In this document: one piece after another, positions 1-9,024 of the stretch
Position numbering within the stretch: the first letter of the stretch is position 1
Layout: each line of letters opens with the position of its first letter
NCBI GenBank assembly: GCA_031417995.1
Contig: JANOWR010000093.1
Span: 1,447-65,446 of the forward strand
Length of the DNA: 64,000 nucleotides
Direction of reading: 5' to 3'
DNA from: Polaromonas sp.
GTDB taxonomy: Bacteria > Pseudomonadota > Gammaproteobacteria > Burkholderiales > Burkholderiaceae_C
Program-made: the position numbers and the translations under genes
The notes under the pieces: generated by a model
The model's database searches: none
What the model was told of the DNA's origin: nothing
What the model saw: the letters and a program-made list of their open reading frames with translations, nothing else

Positions 1-2
1 TG

Positions 3-539
3 GGCCGTGCTGCAAACCTGAGCACAAGCAATGGGGTCAAATGGCTGGCCCTGACGGTTTTTGTCGCCTTGTGTGTCCCAGTAGTCGGTGCTTTGCCGGT
101 TGTTGCCTTTGTACGCGGTATTAGCTCAGACTTGAGCATCACGCTGGTCGCACTCTGTTTTTGGAGTCTGTGTCACCGCAGCTGCGGGCTGGCAGCCATC
201 AGCCCACGTGAGCAAACGACGGTCATGCTGGCGGTGGCGGGCGCTGCGCTTTTCATGTACCCGCTGGCATTGGGCTGGGGCTCTTGGGACGCTTATCGGC
301 TGGGCTGGGGCAACGCTTGGGGCATGTGGCTGGCGTTGCTGGCGCTATGTCTGCTGTGCTGGGTAAAAAAATGGCACGCGTTGCCTGCTTTGATTGCATT
401 GGCATTGCTGGCGTGGTGCCTGGGCTTGATGGAATCTGGCAACTTGTGGGACTATTTACTGGACCCCTGGTTGTCGGTCTTTGCGCTGGGTTTTGTTTTT
501 ATAAAATACTTGCGGTTGTTTTTCAGGCGCCTGCATTAA
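3..539 (+). CDS. Hypothetical multi-pass membrane protein, 5' end outside window
   Basis: Frame is open from position 3 (GRAANLSTSNGVKWLALT...) to stop at 539; several hydrophobic segments; no family recognised with certainty. Confidence 0.7.
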   Translation, partial: GRAANLSTSNGVKWLALTVFVALCVPVVGALPVVAFVRGISSDLSITLVALCFWSLCHRSCGLAAISPREQTTVMLAVAGAALFMYPLALGWGSWDAYRLGWGNAWGMWLALLALCLLCWVKKWHALPALIALALLAWCLGLMESGNLWDYLLDPWLSVFALGFVFIKYLRLFFRRLH

Positions 540-560
540 CTCGATAAGTTGGAGTATTCT

Positions 561-1544
561 TTGAAATCGTTCGCTTTTGTATTTCCGGGTCAGGGTTCGC
601 AAGCCGTGGGCATGCTGGATGCCTGGGAAGGTCACCCCGCCGTGACACAAACGTTGCAAGAGGCCTCTGATGCGCTGGGTCAAGACATGGGCCTGCTCAT
701 TAAAGAAGGCCCAAAAGAAGCGCTGGCGTTGACCACCAACACCCAGCCTGTGATGCTGGTTGCTGGCGTTGCTGCTTATCGCGTATGGATGTTTGAGGTG
801 GGTGTTGCGCCGGCTTTTGTCGCCGGGCACTCGCTGGGCGAATACGCCGCGCTGGTGGCCAGCGGCGCATTGACTTTGACGCAAGCTGCACCGCTGGTGC
901 GCTTCAGGGCCCAGGCCATGCAGGATGCGGTACCTGTGGGGGTTGGCGCGATGGCGGCCATATTGGGCCTGGATGCTCCCAAAATAATAGCTGCTTGCGC
1001 CCGAATAACGGCGGCTACAGCTCAAATTGACCCGGAAAATGACCTTAAAAATGCTGAAACTGTTGAGGCCGTTAACTTTAACGACCCCATGCAGACCGTG
1101 ATTGCTGGCAGCAAGGCTGCGGTTGACATGGCTTGCGAAGCACTCAAGGCCGAAGGTGCCAAACGCGCCTTGTTGCTGCAGGTTTCTGCGCCGTTTCATT
1201 CCAGCCTGATGAAGCCTGCTGCTGAAAAGCTCAAGGAAAAACTGGCTCAAACCACCTTTTCTGCGCTGCAAATACCGTTGATCAACAACATTGATGTGGC
1301 GATTGAAACGGACGCGCTCCGCATTCGCGATGCCCTGTATCGCCAAGCCTTTGGCGCAGTGCGCTGGGTAGAGTGTGTGCAGGCCATCAAGGCACGCGGG
1401 GTCAACCACATCGTCGAATGCGGGCCGGGTAAAGTACTCTCTGGCCTGGTCAAGAGGATTGACGCGGACATGACGGGTGCGCCTCTGTTTGATATTGCCT
1501 CCATGGCCCAGGTCAAAGAATTGTTGAAAGAGTTGTCTGTATGA
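561..1544 (+). CDS. fabD: Malonyl-CoA:ACP transacylase
   Basis: FVFPGQGSQ, GHSLGEY catalytic motif, SAPFHS; TTG start at 561 after GGAG (ORF track starts at 549). Confidence 0.97.
   Translation: MKSFAFVFPGQGSQAVGMLDAWEGHPAVTQTLQEASDALGQDMGLLIKEGPKEALALTTNTQPVMLVAGVAAYRVWMFEVGVAPAFVAGHSLGEYAALVASGALTLTQAAPLVRFRAQAMQDAVPVGVGAMAAILGLDAPKIIAACARITAATAQIDPENDLKNAETVEAVNFNDPMQTVIAGSKAAVDMACEALKAEGAKRALLLQVSAPFHSSLMKPAAEKLKEKLAQTTFSALQIPLINNIDVAIETDALRIRDALYRQAFGAVRWVECVQAIKARGVNHIVECGPGKVLSGLVKRIDADMTGAPLFDIASMAQVKELLKELSV
981..1050 (+). repeat. Dispersed repeat copy in-frame inside fabD
   Basis: 985-1006 TAATAGCTGCTTGCGCCCGAAT is identical to 19862-19883; GGCTACAG and TTGA..GAAAA also align. Confidence 0.85.
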
Positions 1545-2287
1545 GTGAAGTAAATTTTGAAGGTCAGGTTGCGCTGGTGACGGGTGCGTCGCGCGGCATT
1601 GGCGCTGCCATTGCCATGGAGCTGGCCAAAAAAGGCCTGAAAGTCATTGGCACTGCGACCACCGATGAGGGGGCTGCAAAAATCTCCCAGGCGCTCGGTG
1701 CTTTTCCTGGCTGTGCTGGCAAAAATCTGAACGTCAATGATGCTGCTGCATCTGATGCGCTGATTGACAGCATTGTCAAAGAACACGGCGGATTGCAGGT
1801 GCTGGTCAACAATGCCGGCATTACCCGCGACATGCTGGCGATGCGCCTGAAAGACGACGATTGGGACGCTGTCATTGACACCAATTTAAAAGCGGTCTTT
1901 CGCATGAGCCGCGCCGTGATGCGCACCATGATGAAGCAGCGCTATGGCCGCATCATCAACATCACGTCGGTGGTCGGCAGCTCAGGCAATGCAGGCCAGT
2001 CCAATTACGCGGCAGCCAAGGCGGGTGTTGCTGGCATGACGCGGGCGCTCGCCAGAGAGCTGGGCTCGCGCAACATCACCGTCAATTGCATTGCCCCCGG
2101 ATTTATTGAAACCGACATGACCGCCAGTTTGAGTCAAGAACAGCAAAAAGCCTTGCTTGGCCAGATACCCTTGGGTCACTTGGGCAAACCACAGGACATT
2201 GCGCATGCCGTAGCATTTGTGGCCAGCCCCAATGCTGGTTACATCACTGGGCAAGAGGTTCATGTCAATGGCGGCATGTATATGTAG
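1541..2287 (+). CDS. fabG: 3-oxoacyl-ACP reductase
   Basis: TGASRGIG, NNAGITRD, YAAAK; position in fab operon. Confidence 0.97.
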   Translation: MSEVNFEGQVALVTGASRGIGAAIAMELAKKGLKVIGTATTDEGAAKISQALGAFPGCAGKNLNVNDAAASDALIDSIVKEHGGLQVLVNNAGITRDMLAMRLKDDDWDAVIDTNLKAVFRMSRAVMRTMMKQRYGRIINITSVVGSSGNAGQSNYAAAKAGVAGMTRALARELGSRNITVNCIAPGFIETDMTASLSQEQQKALLGQIPLGHLGKPQDIAHAVAFVASPNAGYITGQEVHVNGGMYM

Positions 2288-2382
2288 CATGTGGGGCATT
2301 GTGGGTAATTTGGCCGTGGTAAAACACTGCAATAGCGAGCCGGTTTTTATCCGTCCGGCGCTGCAATCAGGTCAGGTCTTAG

Positions 2383-2679
<297 letters not shown>

Positions 2680-2703
2680 AGCTGCTGTTTTCTTCTGTTT
2701 TTG

Positions 2704-2727
2704 AAAAGCCCCAACCGGGGCTTTTTT
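2704..2727 (+). terminator. Intrinsic terminator-like hairpin after acpP
   Basis: AAAAGCCCC-AACC-GGGGCTTTTTT. Confidence 0.75.
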
Positions 2728-2761
2728 GCAATCTTTTCAGATGTACTTTAAGGATGTGCGA

Positions 2762-4006
2762 ATGAATCGTCGCCGCGTTGTAGTGACTGGTCTGGGCTGT
2801 ATCAGCCCGGTTGGAAACACGGTTCTTGATAACTGGTCCAACTTGCTGGCTGGTCAGTCAGGCATTGAGCTGATCACTAAATTTGATGCCTCCAACTTTT
2901 CCTGCAAGATTGCGGGCGAGGTTAAAGGCTTTGCTATTGGTGACTACATTGCCGAAAAAGAAGCCCGGCATATGGACACGTTCATCCACTATGGCTTGGC
3001 AGCGGCTTGCCAGGCCGTTGTTGACAGTGGCCTGAAAACGGGCGATGCCTTGAGTGAAGACGAGGCCGCCCGGATTGGCTGCGTGATTGGCTCTGGTATC
3101 GGCGGCCTGCCGCTGATTGAAGACACCCACGCCGAGCTGACCACAAGAGGCCCGCGCCGTATCACGCCTTTCTTCGTACCCGGCTCCATCATCAACATGA
3201 TTGCTGGTCACGTGTCGATGAAGTTTGGCTTCAAAGGGCCGAACATTGCCATCGTGACGGCCTGCACCACAGGCTTGCACTGCATTGGTGATGCGGGCCG
3301 GATGATTGAGTACGGCGATGCCGACGTGATGGTTGCGGGCGGTGCCGAAGCAACCGTTTCACCGCTGGGCATTGGTGGCTTCGCTGCGATGCGCGCATTG
3401 TCGACCCGCAACGATGACCCCAAAACCGCCAGCCGTCCGTGGGACAAAGACCGCGATGGTTTTGTACTGGGCGAAGGTGCCGGCATGATGGTGCTTGAAG
3501 AATATGAACATGCCAAGGCACGCGGCGCCAGGATTTATGCAGAACTGGCGGGTTACGGCATGAGTGCTGATGCCGGCCATATCACCGCCCCCAACATGGA
3601 CGGCCCAAAGCGCGCCATGCTCGGTGCCTTGCGAAATGCCGGGCTGAATGCGGATGCAGTGGGCTACCTGAATGCGCACGGCACTTCAACGCCACTGGGC
3701 GACATCAATGAAACCAATGCTATCAAGGCCGCGTTTGGCGATCACGCCAAATCCATGGTGGTCAGCTCGACCAAATCCATGACAGGCCATTTGCTGGGCG
3801 GTGCGGGCGGTATTGAGTCGGTGTTTACTGTACTGGCCCTGCACCATCAGAAGATTCCGCCCACCATCAATATTTTTAACCAGGATCCAGAATGCGATCT
3901 TGATTTCTGCGCAAACACGGCGCGGGATGCACGCATTGAAGTGGCTGTTAAAAACAATTTTGGATTTGGCGGTACCAACGGTACGCTGGTCTTCAAGCGC
4001 GCCTGA
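2762..4006 (+). CDS. fabF: Beta-ketoacyl-ACP synthase II
   Basis: [36 protein letters not shown]; ATG 2762 preferred over 2726. Confidence 0.97.
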   Translation: MNRRRVVVTGLGCISPVGNTVLDNWSNLLAGQSGIELITKFDASNFSCKIAGEVKGFAIGDYIAEKEARHMDTFIHYGLAAACQAVVDSGLKTGDALSEDEAARIGCVIGSGIGGLPLIEDTHAELTTRGPRRITPFFVPGSIINMIAGHVSMKFGFKGPNIAIVTACTTGLHCIGDAGRMIEYGDADVMVAGGAEATVSPLGIGGFAAMRALSTRNDDPKTASRPWDKDRDGFVLGEGAGMMVLEEYEHAKARGARIYAELAGYGMSADAGHITAPNMDGPKRAMLGALRNAGLNADAVGYLNAHGTSTPLGDINETNAIKAAFGDHAKSMVVSSTKSMTGHLLGGAGGIESVFTVLALHHQKIPPTINIFNQDPECDLDFCANTARDARIEVAVKNNFGFGGTNGTLVFKRA

Positions 4007-4054
4007 TTCCAGGTCTTCCATTTCCAAAGTGTTCCTTCACCACCGCAGCTTCAA

Positions 4055-4528
4055 TTGAGCAAACATCACGCCCCGTCGGTTATCTACCCGTTGGGGCGTT
4101 CGCGTTTGCAGCGTCAGCTTTTGCTGGGTTTTTGGCTTGTTGGCTTTGCAGTCATCAGCTTTTGGATCGCAACTGCCCAAGCCTTTAGCTGGCGGCAAGG
4201 CCTTGGATGTGTCTTGCTGGCGCTGGCAGGCGCAGCCGCATTTGTTGGCTGGAAGAACTCAGTTGTTGGTCAGCTGGCTTGGGACGGGCAAGCCTGGCAC
4301 TGGGAAAGCCGGGGCTATCAGGCTGGCACTGCTGAACATGTTGTGTCGGTGGTCTGTGATTTTCAGTCACTGATGCTGCTGCGCATTGACAACCCAGCCC
4401 ATGCCAAACTGTGGTTTTTGGCTGAACGGCGCGCATTTCCTGAACGATGGCTGGACTTGCGGCGAGCAGTGTATTCGCCGCACCGGGGTTTAAACGACGG
4501 CGCGAACAGGGTGCCAGAAGCAGCATGA
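4055..4528 (+). CDS. Hypothetical membrane protein upstream of rpoE
   Basis: Two hydrophobic helices, C-terminal W.DLRRAVY; stop overlaps rpoE start (ATGA). Confidence 0.65.
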   Translation: MSKHHAPSVIYPLGRSRLQRQLLLGFWLVGFAVISFWIATAQAFSWRQGLGCVLLALAGAAAFVGWKNSVVGQLAWDGQAWHWESRGYQAGTAEHVVSVVCDFQSLMLLRIDNPAHAKLWFLAERRAFPERWLDLRRAVYSPHRGLNDGANRVPEAA

Positions 4529-5169
4529 GCGAAGAATCCATTCAATCCCCGCTTGAAAAGCCCATCGACAGTGATGCCATGCTGGTTGAGCGGACCGTCG
4601 CTGGCGATCAAAAAGCGTTTGAGTTGCTGGTGATCAAGTATCAGCGACGCATCCAGCGCCTGATCGGGCGCATGGTTCGCGATGTGGACCTGGTAGAAGA
4701 TATTGCGCAAGAAACTTTCATCAGGGCTTACCGGGCGCTGGCGCAGTTTCGGGGTGAGGCGCAGTTTTACACCTGGCTTTACCGGATTGCAGTCAATACG
4801 GCTAAAAAAGCGCTGATGGACCTCAAGCGCAACCCGACCATTTCAGAAAATGCCTTCAAATCTGGCCAAAGCGACGAAAGTGATGAAACTTCCCCGCTGG
4901 AAAACGAACTAACAAGCTCGGAAACGCCAGATGCTGTGCTGGCCAGCAAAGAAATTGCACAAATTATCAACGCAGCGCTGGAGGCCTTGCCAGAAGAGCT
5001 TCGCCAAGCCATCACGCTGCGCGAAATCGAAGGATTGAGCTACGACGAAATTGCAGAAGTCATGAGCTGCCCGATAGGAACTGTACGCTCCCGTATTTTC
5101 CGGGCGCGTGAGGCCATTTCGCAAAAGGTCAAACCCCTGCTTGAAAACCAGTCGGGCAAACGCTGGTGA
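4525..5169 (+). CDS. rpoE: ECF sigma factor RpoE
   Basis: DLVEDIAQETFIRAYRAL, FYTWLYRIAVN, PIGTVRSRIFRAR. Confidence 0.96.
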   Translation: MSEESIQSPLEKPIDSDAMLVERTVAGDQKAFELLVIKYQRRIQRLIGRMVRDVDLVEDIAQETFIRAYRALAQFRGEAQFYTWLYRIAVNTAKKALMDLKRNPTISENAFKSGQSDESDETSPLENELTSSETPDAVLASKEIAQIINAALEALPEELRQAITLREIEGLSYDEIAEVMSCPIGTVRSRIFRAREAISQKVKPLLENQSGKRW

Positions 5170-5256
5170 ATTTGAAGATTAATTTTTATCCAGAGACATG
5201 CGTTTTAAATAACAAAGATTTATTGAATTTACCGATTACCCAAGAACAATCAAATC

Positions 5257-5916
5257 ATGACTACCCTGAATCAGACCCTGTCATCTGCACCTGCCGCACC
5301 CGATTGCGAATGGCTGTCTGCGCTGGCGGACGGTGAGCTGTCTGCGCACGAAGTAGCCCTTGCATTTGAGGTGGGCAAGCAGGATGTGGCGATGTTCGGC
5401 AACTGGAATACCTATCACCTGATTGGCAATGTTCTGCGCACGGCTATGCCTGCTTCAGGCGCTGTTGTTCAAGGTGCCGATGTGGCTTTTCTGGAGCGCC
5501 TGAACCAGCGCCTGAGGGGGGAAGAAATAGCCCATGACGTGCGGCCTGATGCCGCGTCGCGCGCTGAATTGCAATCTATTGTGGCGATGGCTGACCATCG
5601 CGGGCCGGCAGCAAACGATGGCAATTTCAGGTGGAAGCTGGTGGCTGGCTTTGCTTCTCTGGGGGCAGTTGCCAGCATTGCCTGGAGTTTGTCTGGCATG
5701 TCCACACCCACCAGCGCGCCGGTGCTGGCCGATGCCCCACAGGGCGCTGTGGTTCAGCAGGTCGTTACCGCTTCGCCACAAGGCCCGATGGTGCGCGACG
5801 TCAGGCTTGAAGAACTGTTGGCTGCCCACAAGCAACTCGGCAGCACATCGCTGCAGGCGCCGTCAGGCTTTTTGCGCAGTGCAAGCTTTGAAGCCCCACA
5901 ATCTGGCAGGCGTTGA
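5257..5916 (+). CDS. rseA: Anti-sigma-E factor RseA family
   Basis: LSALADGE, W..YHLIG.VLR N-terminal domain, one TM, follows rpoE. Confidence 0.9.
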   Translation: MTTLNQTLSSAPAAPDCEWLSALADGELSAHEVALAFEVGKQDVAMFGNWNTYHLIGNVLRTAMPASGAVVQGADVAFLERLNQRLRGEEIAHDVRPDAASRAELQSIVAMADHRGPAANDGNFRWKLVAGFASLGAVASIAWSLSGMSTPTSAPVLADAPQGAVVQQVVTASPQGPMVRDVRLEELLAAHKQLGSTSLQAPSGFLRSASFEAPQSGRR

Positions 5917-5951
5917 TCCGTCTGTCGAGATGCTTTAAAAGACCCAAAAAA

Positions 5952-6980
5952 ATGAATTTCAAGCGTTTTAGCCTTCTGGCCCTCTGTATATGGGTTCAAG
6001 CAGCTATTAATATAGTAGCTGCTCAAACGCCACCGACTGTTGTTGGCAGTACTTCCCCTGCGCTTGCAGAGTCAAGAAACCTTAACGACTGGTTGATGCG
6101 CATGCATGAGGCGTCCAAAAAGCGCGCTTACATTGGCACGTATGTGGTGTCGTCTGGTGGGGCCATGTCCAGCGCCAAAATCTGGTCTGTGTGCGAAGGC
6201 AACCAGCAGATAGAGCGGGTCGAGACACTCACAGGTGCGCCGCGTTCCATTTTCAGGCACAACGACAAGGTCGTTACCTTCATGCCCGAGCAAAAAGTCG
6301 TGCGCAGTGAAAAGCGGGAATCCCTGAGCGTATTTCCGGAATTGATTCAGTCCCCAGACAACCGCATTGCCGATTTCTACAAGCTCAAACTCGAAGGCGT
6401 GGAGCGTATTGCTGGCGTTGAAGCCGACGTGGCCTTGCTGCTGCCCAAAGACGGCATGCGCTTTGGCTACCGCGTCTGGACCGAGCAAAAAAAAGGGCTG
6501 GTCGTCAAGCTGCAAACGCTGGACGCAGAAGGCCGGGTACTTGAGCAGGCCGCTTTTTCTGAATTGCAGCTTGATGCACCGGTCAAAATGGACAAGCTCC
6601 TGAGCATGATGGGCAAGGTGGACGGCTACCGCGTGGAGCAGCCAACGCTTGTCAAGACCACAGCGAGTGCAGAAGGCTGGCTGCTCAAGGCGCCGGTGGC
6701 TGGGTTCAAGCCCATGAGCTGCTACAAGCGGCCTGCAAGCAATGCATCTGCCGCAGCCACCGATGAGCCGCTGCAATGGATTTTTTCGGACGGTCTGGCT
6801 TCGGTTTCGCTGTTTGTAGAGCCGTTTGATCGCCAGCGCCATGACAAAGAATCCAGCATGTCCATGGGGGCCACGCAGACCATGACGCGGCAATTGGGTT
6901 CTTACTGGTTGACCGCCATGGGCGAGGTGCCCATGAGCACGTTGAAGCTGTTTGCCAACGGGCTCGAGCGAAAAAAGTAG
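5952..6980 (+). CDS. rseB: RseB/MucB periplasmic regulator
   Basis: Signal-like N-terminus, ERVETLTG, DGLASVSLFVEP; synteny; ATG 5952 preferred over 5913. Confidence 0.9.
   Translation: MNFKRFSLLALCIWVQAAINIVAAQTPPTVVGSTSPALAESRNLNDWLMRMHEASKKRAYIGTYVVSSGGAMSSAKIWSVCEGNQQIERVETLTGAPRSIFRHNDKVVTFMPEQKVVRSEKRESLSVFPELIQSPDNRIADFYKLKLEGVERIAGVEADVALLLPKDGMRFGYRVWTEQKKGLVVKLQTLDAEGRVLEQAAFSELQLDAPVKMDKLLSMMGKVDGYRVEQPTLVKTTASAEGWLLKAPVAGFKPMSCYKRPASNASAAATDEPLQWIFSDGLASVSLFVEPFDRQRHDKESSMSMGATQTMTRQLGSYWLTAMGEVPMSTLKLFANGLERKK
5965..6019 (-). repeat. Dispersed repeat copy in-frame in the rseB signal-peptide region
   Basis: Reverse complement GCTACTATATTAATAGCTGCTTGAACCC...GGGCCAGAAGGC shares TTAATAGCTGCTTG and GGGC..AGGC with the 19851 copy. 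Confidence 0.7.
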
Positions 6981-7011
6981 TGCCCTGATTTCCCTCCACG
7001 AATGACCAATA

Positions 7012-8496
7012 TTGATGACAAGGCTGATGATGTTTGAACTAAGCTTAAAACCACTGCGCTCTTATGTGTCGGCCGGACTGCTCGCTACAGTTGCCCTGAC
7101 TGCCTATTTACCTTTGCAACCCGTGCTGGCACAGAACCGCACCTTGCCCGACTTCACTGACCTGGTTGAGCAGGTCAGCCCGTCGGTGGTCAATATTCGC
7201 ACGTCAGAAAAAGCCAAGGCGGCTGCCGCTGGTGGCGGTATTGACGAGCAAATGCTCGAGTTTTTTCGGCGTTTTGGCATTCCGGTGCCGCCCAACCTGC
7301 CGCGCGGCCCGCGTTCAGACAGAGCACCTGCACCTCAAGAGGATGCCCAGCCGCGTGGTGTGGGTTCAGGCTTTATCCTCACTTCAGATGGCTATGTCAT
7401 GACCAACGCGCATGTTATTGAGGGCGCAGACGAGGTGATCGTTACCCTGACCGACAACCGCGAGTACAAGGCCAGGGTCATTGGTGCTGACAAGAGATCC
7501 GATGTGGCAGTGGTGAAAATCGAGGCCACTGGTCTGCCCGCCGTCAAGATTGGAGACGTCAGCCGCCTGAAAGTGGGCGAGTGGGTGATGGCCATTGGTT
7601 CACCTTTTGGTTTGGAAAATACTGTGACAGCAGGTATCGTCAGTGCCAAGCAGCGCGACACGGGCGACTACCTGCCCTTTATTCAAACCGATGTGGCCAT
7701 CAATCCCGGCAACTCGGGTGGTCCCTTGATCAACATGCGTGGCGAGGTGGTGGGTATTAACAGCCAGATTTATTCACGTTCTGGCGGCTTTCAGGGCATC
7801 TCGTTTGCCATTCCCATTGACGAAGCGGCGCGCGTATCAGACCAGCTGCGGGCAACTGGCAGGGTCACCCGTGGCCGCATTGGCGTTCAGATCGATCAGG
7901 TCAGCAAGGAAGTTGCGGAGTCCATTGGTCTTGGAAAGCCGCAAGGGGCCTTGGTGCGCGGTGTTGAGAGCGGTGCACCAGCCGAAAAGGCCGGTATCGA
8001 AGCGGGCGACATCATCACAAAATTTGAAGGCCGTACCATCGAAAAATCCAGCGACTTGCCGCGCCTGGTGGGCAATGTCAAGCCCGGTACCAAAGCAGTG
8101 GTCACCGTGTTCAGGCGTGGTGTTAGCAGGGACCTGACGGTCACGATTGCAGAGGTGGAAGCTGAAAAGCCGCAGCGCAAAGCATCTGCACCGGAGCCCA
8201 AAGCGCCCATAGCTGGCCCGGCACAAATTCTTGGCTTGGTGGTAAGCGAGTTGCCTGACGCGCAGAAAAAAGAGCTCAAGATCAAAGGTGGCGTCAAGGT
8301 TGATGCAGCTGAAGGTGCGGCTGCAAGAGCTGGTTTGCGTGAAGGTGATGTGATTGTGCAGATTGCCAATACAGAAGTCACCAGCGTCAAGGAGTTTGAA
8401 GCCGCACTTGCCAAACTCGACAAAACCAAGGTTGCCAATGTCTTGTTCCGGCGTGGTGATCTGGCGCAATACGGTTTGATTCGTCCTGTGCGCTAA
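7012..8496 (+). CDS. HtrA/DegQ (MucD-like) serine protease with two PDZ domains
   Basis: GSGFI, TNAHV, QTDVAINPGNSGGPL. Confidence 0.95.
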   Translation: MMTRLMMFELSLKPLRSYVSAGLLATVALTAYLPLQPVLAQNRTLPDFTDLVEQVSPSVVNIRTSEKAKAAAAGGGIDEQMLEFFRRFGIPVPPNLPRGPRSDRAPAPQEDAQPRGVGSGFILTSDGYVMTNAHVIEGADEVIVTLTDNREYKARVIGADKRSDVAVVKIEATGLPAVKIGDVSRLKVGEWVMAIGSPFGLENTVTAGIVSAKQRDTGDYLPFIQTDVAINPGNSGGPLINMRGEVVGINSQIYSRSGGFQGISFAIPIDEAARVSDQLRATGRVTRGRIGVQIDQVSKEVAESIGLGKPQGALVRGVESGAPAEKAGIEAGDIITKFEGRTIEKSSDLPRLVGNVKPGTKAVVTVFRRGVSRDLTVTIAEVEAEKPQRKASAPEPKAPIAGPAQILGLVVSELPDAQKKELKIKGGVKVDAAEGAAARAGLREGDVIVQIANTEVTSVKEFEAALAKLDKTKVANVLFRRGDLAQYGLIRPVR

Positions 8497-8515
8497 GCGT
8501 CAAATACCCCTGCTA

Positions 8516-8550
8516 AAACCCCTCATACCCCGCAAAGGTCGGGGGTTTTT
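8516..8550 (+). terminator. Terminator-like hairpin after the HtrA gene
   Basis: AAAACCCC...GGGGTTTT imperfect stem with T-run. Confidence 0.5.
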
Positions 8551-8729
8551 CTCTGTCACAGACGGTTTTTGAGGTTTTTAAAAATATATTTTGATTATTT
8601 TTTGTCGTCATTAGTTGTTGGTGTTCACTAACAAATATTAAGCAAACAAATGCTTTGGTTAGAATAGAACCAGTTTTTCAGCATTTTTTGATATATCAAG
8701 TTGCTCAGAATCCTGATTTTGTTTGCAAT

Positions 8730-8813
8730 TGTGGGTATTCACCGTTGATCCACAGATCACCCACAAGTTGTCCAGTGCCATACAGTATAAAATTGTGAAT
8801 AAGTTGTGTATAA
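8730..8813. promoter_or_regulatory. Array of DnaA-box-like 9-mers beside an AT-rich tract
   Basis: TGTGAATAA 8794 and TGTGTATAA 8805 match TTWTNCACA in reverse; TGATCCACA 8746, TCACCCACA 8757, TTGTCCAGT 8768 at 11-bp period; TGTGGGTAT 8730. Confidence 0.65.
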
Positions 8814-8929
8814 GATTCCTGTTGCTAGCTTGCAACGACAAAAATATGGGCATTTTGGGACTGTTGGCTTCTGGCTTTTTGCCTACAATGAAGTTCCAAC
8901 CTTCGCAGTTGCCATAGATTGTTGGTTCA

Positions 8930-8960
8930 GGGCGCGTCCTTATTCGACGCGCCCTTTTTT
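8930..8960 (+). terminator. Intrinsic terminator-like hairpin upstream of lepA
   Basis: GGGCGCGTC-CTTATTC-GACGCGCCC-TTTTTT, perfect 9-bp stem. Confidence 0.75.
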
Positions 8961-9024
8961 ATGTCCGTTGCGAATCGTATTCATGCGCTTCGCAATACTT
9001 TCAAGTACTTAGGCGTTCTCGTTG

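Noticed and set aside
456-1409. Long antisense/overlapping ORFs in the track (e.g. 456-1409, 6072-6893, 33972-34988, 49939-51078)
   Set aside because: Shadows of well-supported genes on the opposite strand in GC-rich DNA; no recognisable motifs.
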